Below, piece by piece: positions 37,101-46,289 of a stretch of 57,902 bases of DNA (positions within the stretch are counted from its first letter, which is position 1; the number at the start of each line of letters is the position of its first letter). The stretch covers positions 1 to 57,902 of the forward strand of contig JAAILG010002100.1 of the NCBI GenBank assembly GCA_012026655.1. The letters are read 5' to 3'. The notes under the pieces were generated by a model, which worked only from the letters and a program-made list of their open reading frames with translations, ran no database searches and was not told where the DNA came from. The translations under genes were made by a program, and so were the position numbers. The DNA comes from Hydrolagus affinis. Its lineage: Eukaryota.

Positions 37101-40100
37101 TATTAAAAGTGAGCAATTGTAAATAACTAGAGGGTTGGCTCAAACATTTTCTTAACTATCAAAAGTGCTACGTAATTCTGTTCCGTGGTTGTGGTGGTGC
37201 TTGGGGAGGGGTGGGGGGTACAGAAGCATTGCTTTGTCAGGAAATTCATCCGGGGGGAGGTGTGGGTTAGGCAAGGGTGTTTCTGCCAGTCTGATTAGAT
37301 TTGAATCTCTTCTCCCCTGGGGGTAAACCAATCTAGAAATTCCAGCCAAGTCAAATACTTCGCCTTTCACTTTTGGAACTTCCCTTTATAATTGCACACT
37401 GCAAGGCAAAAGGGCGTGGAATATTCACTGGAATTTTGTCCGTTCTTTAACATGGTAAAACCTGTGGCTGAGGGGAGTGGGGGTGGGGTGGTGGGGGGCG
37501 GCGAACTGAAGCAGGACAGTACATATACAGGTTTGAGAACATAGCCCTAAGCGAATTTCTGCAAAAGAATTTGAAAGGGCACAGGGAAATGTCGTGTCGA
37601 GCAATCTCCAAAGGGCCCAGTGATTATTTTCTGTTCTAAAAATCCCTTCCGATTATCGGGCTAATATTACTCCATTCCCAAATAGTTCAGGCTCAAGACG
37701 ACACATCTGTCCTGTTTTGACGCCGAGTCGCAATCTGCTGTAGATAGCTCAAGGAAGCTGCTATGGGAAATGAAAAATACATTATCGCACTGGTGCAATG
37801 CGGATGTCGGTCTGAGGTTAAAGCACATGGTTGGGGGCTGGGTAAAAACACCTTTGTTCTGCATTTGACCCGTACAGCATCTAAATTTGGGAGTTCAGTA
37901 CTTGATCATGACACTGTAAATTCATAGGGCAAAGTGTTCCGTTCACCAAGTACATGTAAGGATCTCCCGCTTGCTGACGAGAACAGCATTCAACATATAA
38001 AATAAAACTCAAAATGCCGTCGATCCTAAACCACTCTCGGTTAGTAATTCAACATTGTGCCTTTCGGATGTGTAAGACAAAGATAAACTAAAATTGACAG
38101 AAAATACACCCCCCTCGGCCAACCTCCACAACTTTCAACTGCAATAGAAACACTTCCTTTCCCTCATCTGGCTTGTACAGATGGCAGTTCTTAAGGTTGA
38201 TGCGATGCCTGCTCCCCTTCACCTCCCCCCATCCACTGTGCACTTCCTGTTTGTTCAGCTTGTTTCACATGTTGCACACACTTTATGACTGTACAGTATT
38301 GTACAAATACTTCCCTTATTCATACAATCGGTAAAAAGAAAATTGTTACACCAATACGGAGAAACTTAAAAATCCTGGAACTTTTTTGAGCCAGCAACAG
38401 CAAGTGATACGAGTCATTTTGCTAACAATCTTGACACGATTAACGTTTGCTCATTAGTAACTTTAAGGGGACGAGCAATTTGCTAATTGGACTTGTGTTT
38501 GAGATAACTATTTTGTATTGGACATTTCGACAGCCAGAATATCAGCTTGACGCTTTCTTTCAGCCTTGTAAAAAAAAAGAGGGATATAAATTGAAATTAA
38601 GCATCTGATAGAAGTCCCAACTAAGTTGACAGAAGCTTAACTGAAGCGTTAATGAGAGCCATGTTACTTGAGCTGGTGACAAACTGATCTTTATCTGGCT
38701 GCTTTCTCCCCCTATTGTCTGAAAGGAATGACAAAATTCGCCCTTAAGCAGAAATCTTGCACACTATGATGAGTAACTGAGTTCAGAAACAAAACTTTAT
38801 GGAAGAGTATTGAAAATCAAGCTTAAGATATTCAAATTTCCAAGGTTTCAAACCATTTGGCAGTGAAAAATGAGCATTCTTGCATTTTAGGACAATTCAG
38901 GTCATGGAATTTTTGACATCCCATCTTCCAACAAGTCAGCCTAGTCTGTTGAACTCCAAATCCTTACTTGGGCTTGAAACCATAATCTTTTTTTTGCCTC
39001 AGAGGCAGTGATGCTGCTAAATGGGTCAAGATGCCACCTAAATGAACTTTCACCCAGAGCTATTTGTAACTTTGAGGTGGTTGAAGATAGAGTGAAACAG
39101 ACGAAAAGGTCAGCTTTGGTGGTGATTAATTCAGGGAATTATATTTGCATCTGGAATCAACAAGAGTCTAGACATTTTGCTGTTGCTGCTGCCCCCAAAG
39201 GTTCAGGTGATAAATGCACTGGATTTGCATTAATGTGTTGTGCATTACGGCATGAAAATCCCGGCTTTGTTCCCAGTCTACAAAAAAACTGATCTCACCC
39301 ACCACCACCTCCTCCTCACATTGAACAACCAACCTCTAAGGTCACATACGGGCCAGAGTTTAAATGGGCTATGGAGATATGTAGAGCTGTAAGAGAATCA
39401 GTGGCTTAGTGATAGGGGAAGCAGCAACCAGACAAACAAATAGGTCCGGATGTAAGGTAGACATTATATACATCACTGTGAATTTATCCCCAAATAGAAA
39501 GGTAGGCAGCTGGGATTTTTAAAAAAAACTGTTGCTCCTGATTAACATAAACAATCAAATGTTTTATTGCAGGTTATATTAGGAAACCACTGAACAAGGA
39601 AGGTACACGGTACAGAATTAATATGTTCCTTACCACGCAATAAATATCACTCCCCCCCCCCCCCCCCCCAAATTAGCAGTGTGGCAGAGATTTAAACCTG
39701 ATCCAGGAAAGGGAAAGTACGTGCGCAGAAAGTTTCCTCTTCACAAATTCCATTTCAAATTGGGATAGGCAGGGAAACAGCTAACAGCCGGTGGTGCCAG
39801 AATGGGTCACTGAAAGACTTTCCATTTCCAAAACCCATTTGTTTGTTTGTTTTAACGGGGGAAAGATCAGTGTGTGGGGCGGGGAGCGAGTGCTTCTCCC
39901 TCTCACTGGCGCGTAAAATCTCGCTGCTCGGAAAACTTACGGTTGCAGGCATCGATTGGGCTTGGTGCACGTAAGCGCTTGAGGGCAAATATTTTGTTGG
40001 CTTGTGCAATTTTATCTCTCGGGCTGGAATTTAGCATTTTAATCTGCAGGGAATGGGTGGGGTGTAGCTGCTGTCAGCATTAAATTCGGGGAGAGTCTCT

Positions 40101-43100
40101 CCACCCTCGTGCTTGTCCCCATATTTTTGGTTTAGTTTTGGGGGAATTTGCACTTGGCATTGGAGCCTCCCCTCTCTCTTCCCCCACCCCCTACCGTACT
40201 GGATTTACCCCGAGGAGAGAGGAAACCCAAGTCTGTACAGGATAGAAAGAGATGCACTTAAATTGGCAATATTTTCTGAGAATCTCGTTAACTCAATCCA
40301 CTTAGGCTAGGAATTCGGAATGATCAAAGATGGCTGTGTTCTTCTGTCACTTGGCCTGTCCTAGTTTTGGAAGGTAGATGATTTCCCTCACCATTCATAT
40401 GTTGAGCGATGGGACCGTCGACAAGAGTGTAGCAGGAACTCAATGGCACTGTGAACCTGAAAATAAGTGGTTCTGTGACTGTAGCCCACATGGGATGATG
40501 ATAATGGATTGATGTCTCAACCTCTCCCCTTTGACTTGTTTCCCACAGTTTGTCGAAGTTGAGGGCCAGATCACATCACTAGTTGACCTCTACCCATCCT
40601 TCCTAAGGAAGGGTTACAGACGTGAAATCTTCATAGCTATAGTGTGCCTGTGCAGCTATCTGCTGGGGCTGACTATGGTAACTCAAGTAAGTAGTAATTC
40701 ACGATGTCCTGTGTTGCTCTAAGTACATTGACGTTTTCCCATATCTTCCCCTGGATTTCCTCCCTTATTTCCTCTCCTGCACTAAGCTCCGCAACCACAT
40801 CACTCCCACCCTCGCCCAGCTTCATTGGCTCCCCATCCCCCAGAGGAACGAATTCCTCACTTTGAAGGCCATTCACGGCCTTGCCACCCTCCTATCTCCG
40901 ACCTGCTGACTCCCTATCAACCTGCCCGCCCTCTCCGTTCAGTGGGCTCCAGTCTGCAACATGTCTCCCACCCGAACCCGCCCTACAATTGGTGGCCGGG
41001 CTTTCAACCTCTCTGCTCCCACACTCTGGAACTCCATCCCTCAGACCCTCTCCTTCACTTCCTCCCCTGCCTCGTTCAAAGCCGGTCTCAAGACCCACCT
41101 TTTCGATTGTACCTTCTGCCGCCCTTCCAACTCTCCCTCCCCTACCCTTACCCCGTGCTCGGGTCTCTGCCCCTGACTGTTCAGCACCTTGGGATGTCCT
41201 CCCCACATGAAAGGCGCTCCACAAATGTAATTTTGTTGTTGTTATTATCTGCGTGAATTCAGAAGTGTTTGTTTGGGGTCAGGGAGTGCAAGGATACAAT
41301 TGGGTTCATTGTTATTTCACAACTCAGTGGGAGAGATCCTCGGGTTTCAATACACCACAGTTGGAACACCTAATAACTAGTATCACACTCGCAGGCAGAC
41401 CTGCCCGGTAATGTCTCTGGTTAAACCTACTCTGCTGGAGACAGTGGGGGTGGGGGGTGGGGGGGTGCAATATATTCGGAAGGGGTAGGAGGGGGAGTGG
41501 GGAAAAAACGCAAGTGATCCTAATATATGGCTGAGGTAGTAAGAGCAAGGACAGAGCGAGTCATGGATTGCTGCATTACAACAAGAAGAAATAAGACAGG
41601 CAGGCAGACGGACAGACGGACGGGAGGATCTGAGGTGAGGGCAGAAGTGCTAAGGTTACATTTGAAGCTGGCAAATTGCCACACTTTTCAGCCTGGATAA
41701 TACCGGAACGTAATCCACCCTGACCAGTTCAGGGGGTAGACTTTTCCAGTCGTGAACGAATGAGTATTTGTTTACCAGCTACACTGGGAAACTTGAGCTC
41801 CATATCTGCCCACTCCCATTTCATGCCTGTTAGCCAGTTAAGAATCTGTCTCGTTGCAACATTAGATGTGAAGGCTGACTTGCATTCGAAAAAAAAAAGG
41901 TTTTTTAAAATTTATAATGAGATATGCCTTTCAACAGAGAGAGAAAGAGAGAGAGAGATGGAGAGAGAAAGCAAAACAGAGCTGCAACTCAGCGCTTAGC
42001 AGGAAATTCAACCCTGAGCGGGAAGTAGACTTCTCTCTTTGTGATGAGTTTCATTAGCAGTAAATTCATCATTGTGCGTGACTTGACTGGTATTAAGTTG
42101 TTAGTATTCGGCTTGTTTTGACATTGCAAATTTTCACCACATTAATCAGCTGTTTTGGTATCAATCACCCTCTCCCCCAACCAATCCTGTCCCATTTATT
42201 GGTCCCCACATAAATTCTGCCCTCGCCCACCACCATTCCATCTTGAGTTTTCATTTGATAGGTAAATGTAGTTTGAAGCATATTCCGTTTTACTACGATT
42301 CCAGTAGCTCAGCAATTAGAACTCTTGCCTTACAAGCAGGAGACGTGGGTTCAATTCCCAGCAGGGTGAAACCTTGGGCATGTTTCCTTACTCCAAATAA
42401 TAATAATTAAATAATAATAATCCCCCCCAAAAAAACAATAATAAATTGTTCATTTCAATCCATGGCTGTTTTCTGGAACACTGCTGTGTGCAATTGGCTG
42501 CCGCATTTCGCCCAAATATATACAGTCAATTCACTTTACAGTATATTCTGTGAAGTGCTTTGAGACATCAAGGTGTGAAAAATGCTATATCAAATGCAAG
42601 GATTATTATAAATATATAAATAAAAAGACTTTAATGGTTCTTAATTGTATGCCACAATATTAATACCTGCACTAACGTAAGCCCAGATTCGGCCAATAAG
42701 ACCACTGTGGTCTATTAGAGAAACCTGCTGAGATTGGGGTTAAGGTACGGTTCAAATAGAATAGAGGGAGCATCACTTCTTAGCACAGGTTAAAGCATCT
42801 GTGAATAGTAGCCCGTACTTGGCTAATTTGGGGCTGATGCTCAGGAAACCGATACGATTCCATTGGCAGCACCGATAAACCTTGAATGTGGAAATGAAAC
42901 GTGATGAGAGGCATGAGCAGAATGATGGTGTAAATTGGTTAGTCGTGTGGCCGCCCGTTTAAGCCAAGGCCGTGGGGTTGGACGGGGCCCTGCAACTCCT
43001 CTATTAATATTCAGTGTTGTAAACCAGCCAAGAGACAGACACAGAGTCTGGCAAATGAGTGACGGAACAGACTGATTTACACTTGTCTTTGTTTCCAGGG

Positions 43101-46100
43101 TGGGATGTATGTGTTCCAGCTGTTTGACTACTATGCAGCCAGTGGTATGTGCCTTCTGTGGGTGGCATTCTTTGAATGTATCGCAATAGCTTGGGTGTAT
43201 GGTAAGTGCTATTTCTTGATCTGTTTGTTTCTCTTGATGGCGTAAATAGGATGAGGCATGTGACGAATGCTTTGTGTCTCAGCCTCTGAGTCTCACACTT
43301 TGGTAGCACAACAATAAACCCACAATAATAAAATTGGTCATTTCAATCCACGACTGTTTGTGATGACACCGCTGTGCGCAATTGGCTGCTGCATTTTGCC
43401 CACAAATCTTCAGTCAGTTCACTTTACAGTACATTCTGTGAAGCGCTTTGAGATGTCGACAAGATGTGAAAAGCGCTATATCAAATACAAGGATTATTAT
43501 TATTATTAGCAGATCTATGTTAGCTGAGCAAAGTGGACAGGAAGGAGATAATAATAATAATAATCCTTGCATTTGATATAGCACTTGTCATGTCTTCTGG
43601 ACGTTTCAAAGGGCTTCACAGAATATACTGTACAGTGAATTGACTGCATAGTTTGTGGGCAAAATGCGGCAGCCAATTGCACACATCAAATACAAGGCAG
43701 ATCAGTGAGGTAGGGAAAGGCTAGGTCATGAAGCGACTTGTAAGCGGAGCGAGGCCTTTGAGGATTGGGTTGTGATGGGCGCTGCAGGTGAAATTACATA
43801 CTCTCTGCAGTTGAGTGAAGCTTGAATAGGCAACTGAGCTTAAGCATGATGAGAGCCAGGCCTGAATTATTACCATTTCTTTCTACCAATGATTACTTTA
43901 TGTTCAGTACTATGTAATCCCTGGAACTGACTTGAGCGTAAAAATCTAATTTGCTTCACGTGACCGTGTAGGCCGTAGGCGTGAGGGGTGGGGTTAGGGA
44001 AACCATAAAAGAAACTGGGCGTCAATAAATGAAAATGTAACTGATGTATTTATATGTGTTGACTTTACAAGGGCTTTGTTTCACAATTATTCATCTATTT
44101 AGTGACACTCACTGATGAGAATCAGTACTGCAGTGTATTGAAACTACATCGCTTTAAATTAACTTGGTCCGTTAAAAGATGGTGTGGTTGGGAGAAGTGG
44201 CCTCGCTTTCTCAAACCTCAACTAACCGCCCCCCATCCTCACCCCCCACACACACACACCACACCTTCCCCTCCCCGCCATACCATGCCTTCCCCTCTCC
44301 CCGCCCCGCATGTGATTTATTTTATTAAAGATATCGCAAACAAAAAGCCTAGCTAGCAAAAGATGTATCACTGAGCTTGTGAATAATGTATCTAAGGCAA
44401 TTCAATCTCCCAACAGTATCAGGTTATCAGCCCCAGTAAACCTATACTTAGTCCATCTGACGTACTCCGTTTGTGTGTGTGTGTGTGTGTGTGTATGTAT
44501 ACGTTGCTTCGAGAGATTAATATGAAGCATTTGTAACTCCCGACAGGTGCTGATAATTTCTACGATGCAGTTGAAGACATGATTGGCTACAGGCCAGGAC
44601 CTTGGATGAAGTGGAGTTGGTGTGTGTCCACTCCGCTGCTGTGTATGGTGAGCAGACAAAACAGGACAGTTTCTTACGGGGAATTTAACTGTTCAAGCGA
44701 GATGGTTGGACTACCCCCTGCACCCCCACCCCCTCAACACTTTGTGGGTAACTTCACTGTGTAGCGAAGCGTTGAGCTGTGCACATCAGGATAGACACAG
44801 GGTTTAATTTCACAGCCTGCAAACACACTGCGCTCAGCCTGAGAAGTGTTCTGAGATGGCCTCCTGATAAGTAAGGCACTATAACTGTCTGGGGGAAATC
44901 CAATCTGTGGAATGCTCTTCCTCTATCCCTCCGCCTTACCCATTGCTTCCTTCCGCAACTTTAGGTTGTGCCTGAATAGACCTTCCTATTTGGCTTACCC
45001 CCCCCCACCACCCCCCGCCCCACCACCAGTCACCTTGGAGTCATGCTCAGCCTGTGTCAAGCGCTCTGAGACGTTACCCTGCATGAGGGGGCGCTAAATA
45101 AATGCAACGGTAAGGGTTATTATGATTATTATTATTTCTAACAATATATTTTCTTCTGCAGAGCTGTTTTATCTTCTCCCTTGCCAAGTATACACCTCTG
45201 ACGTACAATAAAACGTACCGATACCCTGACTGGGCACAGGGTGTAGGGTGGGCTTTGGCTCTGACCTCCATGTTATGTATCCCGATGGTTGGGGTGATCA
45301 AGGTTATTCAATCTGATGGGCCCATTTTTGAGGTAAGCTTGGCTGTTGTATTTTGTGTAGTGTGTGAGCGCTGCTGTGTAACTCTATTGTTGTTGTTTAC
45401 CCACTGGGGCGGGGCAGGTGTAAGGGTGGATGAAGAGAAAGGTTTTCAGGCGCGATCTGAAGATGAGGAAGGCCAGGGGCGAGGCAAAGGGGTTGAGGGA
45501 GTGACTATTATTTAGTTAATCACTAAATAATAACAGAATAATCCAGGCTTATTATCAACCGCAATAAGTAATTTAGCAGCAAAGGTCTGCATCGATCTGC
45601 ATGCCCGCAGATCAGACAGAAGGACTTTGGGTGTTGCTGAGAATATTGGTTTTGTGGCAAAAAGCATTCAATGAACTTGGCTCAACACTGGGAAACCAGG
45701 GATCAAACCACAGGCACAGAGCAGGAAACATATTCGATAATCACTTTCCAAAGGGAATTGAATGAGTAGTTGAAAAGCAAAAACGTGCAAGCTTATGAGG
45801 AAAGAGTGGTGGGGGGGTGGGGGGGGGGCCGGTGAGACTGATGATTAGGAAGCTTTTCCAAAGGGCCGGCACAGGCACACGATGGGCCGAATGGCCTCTT
45901 GTCTGCTCTGTAGTATTCTATGATTCTATGGTATCAGCCAGGCCAAAAAAAAGCATAGGCGAGAAGGTGGAATATATCATGTTTGTGACACCCAAGCTGA
46001 TGGATTGTGGGGGACAGGTAGACATGAGGGGAACAAGGCAGCGATTGTCAGTTGGTTTGAAAGTGTGAACGAGCCATCATTCTTTTTTTATTTGTTCTTG

Positions 46101-46289
46101 CTTCCTAAACCTTATTTGGTGGCTGTTTCCTTGCAGAGGATAAAGATGCTTGCTGGACCCAAGGCTGAAAGCAGGAAACCGATTGACCCAGCTCAGGACA
46201 CCGAAGCTACTGTTCCGCTCAGTCCCAATGGGACTGCAGGCAATGATGTGGTAAAACCCACTCAGATAATAATAGAGACTTCAATGTAA
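18124..46289 (+). CDS. slc6a6: Sodium- and chloride-dependent taurine transporter (TauT, SLC6 family), 5'-partial spliced CDS. Exons: join(18124..18258,20237..20471,21955..22087,26441..26575,27207..27310,27482..27606,34515..34627,40549..40686,43099..43201,44547..44647,45162..45332,46137..46289)
   Basis: Twelve exons with AG/GT boundaries and compatible phases splice into one open frame: [10 protein letters not shown]...[14 protein letters not shown]...[15 protein letters not shown]...[18 protein letters not shown]...[13 protein letters not shown]...[34 protein letters not shown]...[11 protein letters not shown]. The motif [10 protein letters not shown] (Glu at human position 406) and the C-terminal KPTxIIxETxM are typical of TauT rather than GAT2/GAT3/BGT1. 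Exon sizes 135/235/133/135/104/125/113/138/103/101/171 agree with the mammalian SLC6A6 structure as I recall it. Confidence 0.96.
20237..20471 (+). CDS. slc6a6: slc6a6 coding exon (TM3 and EL2), 235 bp
   Basis: gagtag|GAATCGGC...TTTTGGGA|gtaaga. Encodes [29 protein letters not shown]...[15 protein letters not shown]...[11 protein letters not shown]. Confidence 0.95.
20710..21045 (+). mobile_element. Ancient SINE, AmnSINE2-like, best-preserved copy
   Basis: ctgagccatacaaccaggaagg...cctggtctgtgttgagttagcagatc...gggtgaggacag...gacactcattg...gaagaatgatcactttgg. The family name is from memory. Confidence 0.65.
21955..22087 (+). CDS. slc6a6: slc6a6 coding exon (TM4), 133 bp
   Basis: ttgatag|ACGGAAC...GGAAAG|gtgagc. 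Encodes [44 protein letters not shown]. Confidence 0.96.
22752..23189 (-). mobile_element. Full-length tRNA-headed SINE interrupted by an L2 3' fragment
   Basis: Close to consensus over 22752-23033. The head resumes at 23168 (taaccactgagcaacagg). Confidence 0.9.
23034..23167 (+). mobile_element. 5'-truncated L2-type 3' end with (GTT)n tail, nested in a SINE
   Basis: ctcttcgaccgagcttttggtcac...tgtgaagcgctctgagacg...ggcgctatataaatcgaagttgttgttgtt, similar to the L2 tails at 10225-10405 and 41090-41245. Confidence 0.8.
24367..24503 (-). mobile_element. Internally deleted SINE (head joined to tail)
   Basis: The tail ...cgcttttcacgtctt is joined directly to gcccaagg...gtgctctaactactgaactacaggactc. 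Confidence 0.8.
25120..25228. mobile_element. Probable Tc1/mariner (Tigger-like) terminal fragment
   Basis: Ends ...gtgccggataaacagacttttactg; the reverse complement CAGTAAAAGTCTGTTTATCCGGC resembles Tigger-type TIRs. I did not find the partner end. Confidence 0.4.
25265..25440 (+). mobile_element. Decayed CR1 reverse transcriptase fragment
   Basis: tttgcaggtgacactaaattgggt reads FAGDTKLG (FADDTKLG motif). Downstream [14 protein letters not shown] is frameshifted. Confidence 0.75.
26441..26575 (+). CDS. slc6a6: slc6a6 coding exon (TM5), 135 bp
   Basis: gctcag|GTGGTT...CCACAG|gtaagt. Encodes [45 protein letters not shown]. Confidence 0.96.
27207..27310 (+). CDS. slc6a6: slc6a6 coding exon (TM6), 104 bp
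   Basis: tcgtag|GTTTGG...TTACCG|gtatgt. Encodes [35 protein letters not shown]. Not in the ORF track; translated by hand. Confidence 0.96.
27482..27606 (+). CDS. slc6a6: slc6a6 coding exon (TM7), 125 bp
   Basis: aaatag|GGACTGT...GAGTCAG|gtatga. Encodes [41 protein letters not shown]. Confidence 0.95.
28075..28510 (-). mobile_element. CR1-clade LINE 3' end
   Basis: aggaagaggccattcagcccatcgagcctgttcc is the reverse complement of the CR1-type terminus. Confidence 0.7.
28790..28950 (-). mobile_element. CR1-clade LINE 3' end (second subfamily)
   Basis: aggagcagaaataagccattcagtgccttgagcctgccccgccattcattcaataagatcatggctgatc. Confidence 0.7.
29725..29911 (+). repeat. Degenerate tandem repeat, 3 units of ~62-70 bp
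   Basis: Units start at about 29725, 29787 and 29857, with consensus agggagcttt.ctctgcat.taacc.gtgctgtacct.atctggg. Confidence 0.65.
31151..31177. repeat. (TC)n microsatellite
   Basis: Pure tc run. Confidence 0.9.
31495..31812 (-). mobile_element. Ancient SINE, AmnSINE2-like, degenerate
   Basis: Reverse-complement similarity to 20710-21045 (agtgagtgtcagc, ttggctgaga...acacagcccagagatt). Confidence 0.5.
34515..34627 (+). CDS. slc6a6: slc6a6 coding exon (EL4 and TM8), 113 bp
   Basis: ttctag|GTCCTGG...AGCCAG|gttagt. Encodes [38 protein letters not shown]. Not in the ORF track; translated by hand. Confidence 0.96.
35120..35480. repeat. CpG-rich decayed inverted repeat (probable MITE relic or regulatory island)
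   Basis: cgtaaaatggccgac pairs with gtcggccatttttacg, and catcacttcc pairs with ggaagtgatg, in symmetric positions. Confidence 0.65.
40549..40686 (+). CDS. slc6a6: slc6a6 coding exon (end of TM8 and TM9), 138 bp
   Basis: ccacag|TTTGTC...ACTCAA|gtaagt. Encodes [46 protein letters not shown]. Confidence 0.96.
40770..41245 (+). mobile_element. L2-clade LINE 3' end (ORF2 C-terminus, 3'UTR and (TTG)n tail)
   Basis: Frameshifted translation [17 protein letters not shown]...[15 protein letters not shown]...[19 protein letters not shown]...[11 protein letters not shown], the typical L2 C-terminus. Confidence 0.9.
42297..42610 (+). mobile_element. Full-length tRNA-headed SINE (main family)
   Basis: Head gtagctcag...gggttcaattccc; tail atcaaatgcaaggattatta. 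Confidence 0.9.
43099..43201 (+). CDS. slc6a6: slc6a6 coding exon (TM10), 103 bp
   Basis: ttccag|GGTGGG...GTGTATG|gtaagt. Encodes [34 protein letters not shown]. Confidence 0.96.
43311..43507 (+). mobile_element. SINE 3' half (main family)
   Basis: attggtcatttcaatccacg...aaggattattattattatt. Confidence 0.88.
43548..43685 (-). mobile_element. SINE 3' half (main family), inverted relative to 43311-43507
   Basis: ataataataataatccttgcatttg...gcagccaattgcacaca. Confidence 0.88.
44473..44494. repeat. (GT)n microsatellite
   Basis: Pure gt run about 50 nt upstream of an exon acceptor. Confidence 0.9.
44547..44647 (+). CDS. slc6a6: slc6a6 coding exon (TM11), 101 bp
   Basis: cgacag|GTGCTG...TGTATG|gtgagc. 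Encodes [34 protein letters not shown]. Confidence 0.96.
44885..45135 (+). mobile_element. L2-type 3' end
   Basis: ctgtggaatgctcttcc...tgtcaagcgctctgagacg...ggcgctaaataaatgcaa...ttattattatt. Confidence 0.7.
45162..45332 (+). CDS. slc6a6: slc6a6 coding exon (TM12), 171 bp
   Basis: ctgcag|AGCTGT...TTTGAG|gtaagc. Encodes [57 protein letters not shown]. Confidence 0.95.
45735..45930 (+). mobile_element. CR1-clade LINE 3' end with (ATTCTATG)2 tail
   Basis: gatgggccgaatggcctcttgtctgctctgtagtattctatgattctatg contains the CR1 terminal octamer repeat. Confidence 0.85.
46137..46289 (+). CDS. slc6a6: slc6a6 last coding exon (cytoplasmic C-terminal tail) to the TAA stop
   Basis: ttgcag|AGGATA...TCAATG TAA. 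Encodes [12 protein letters not shown]...[13 protein letters not shown], comparable to the mammalian VKPTHIIVETMM. Confidence 0.93.
   Translation, partial: RIKMLAGPKAESRKPIDPAQDTEATVPLSPNGTAGNDVVKPTQIIIETSM

Noticed and set aside
41738-41748. TonE/NFAT5 site (TGGAAAAGTCT on the minus strand)
   Set aside because: It fits TGGAAANNYNY, but such matches are expected by chance in 58 kb. It sits in a probable MITE end, far from the promoter.
18124-46289. Assignment as slc6a13, slc6a11 or slc6a12 (GABA/betaine transporters), or as a pseudogene
   Set aside because: [22 protein letters not shown] and the C-terminus are TauT-type. All exons are intact, with no frameshift or internal stop.
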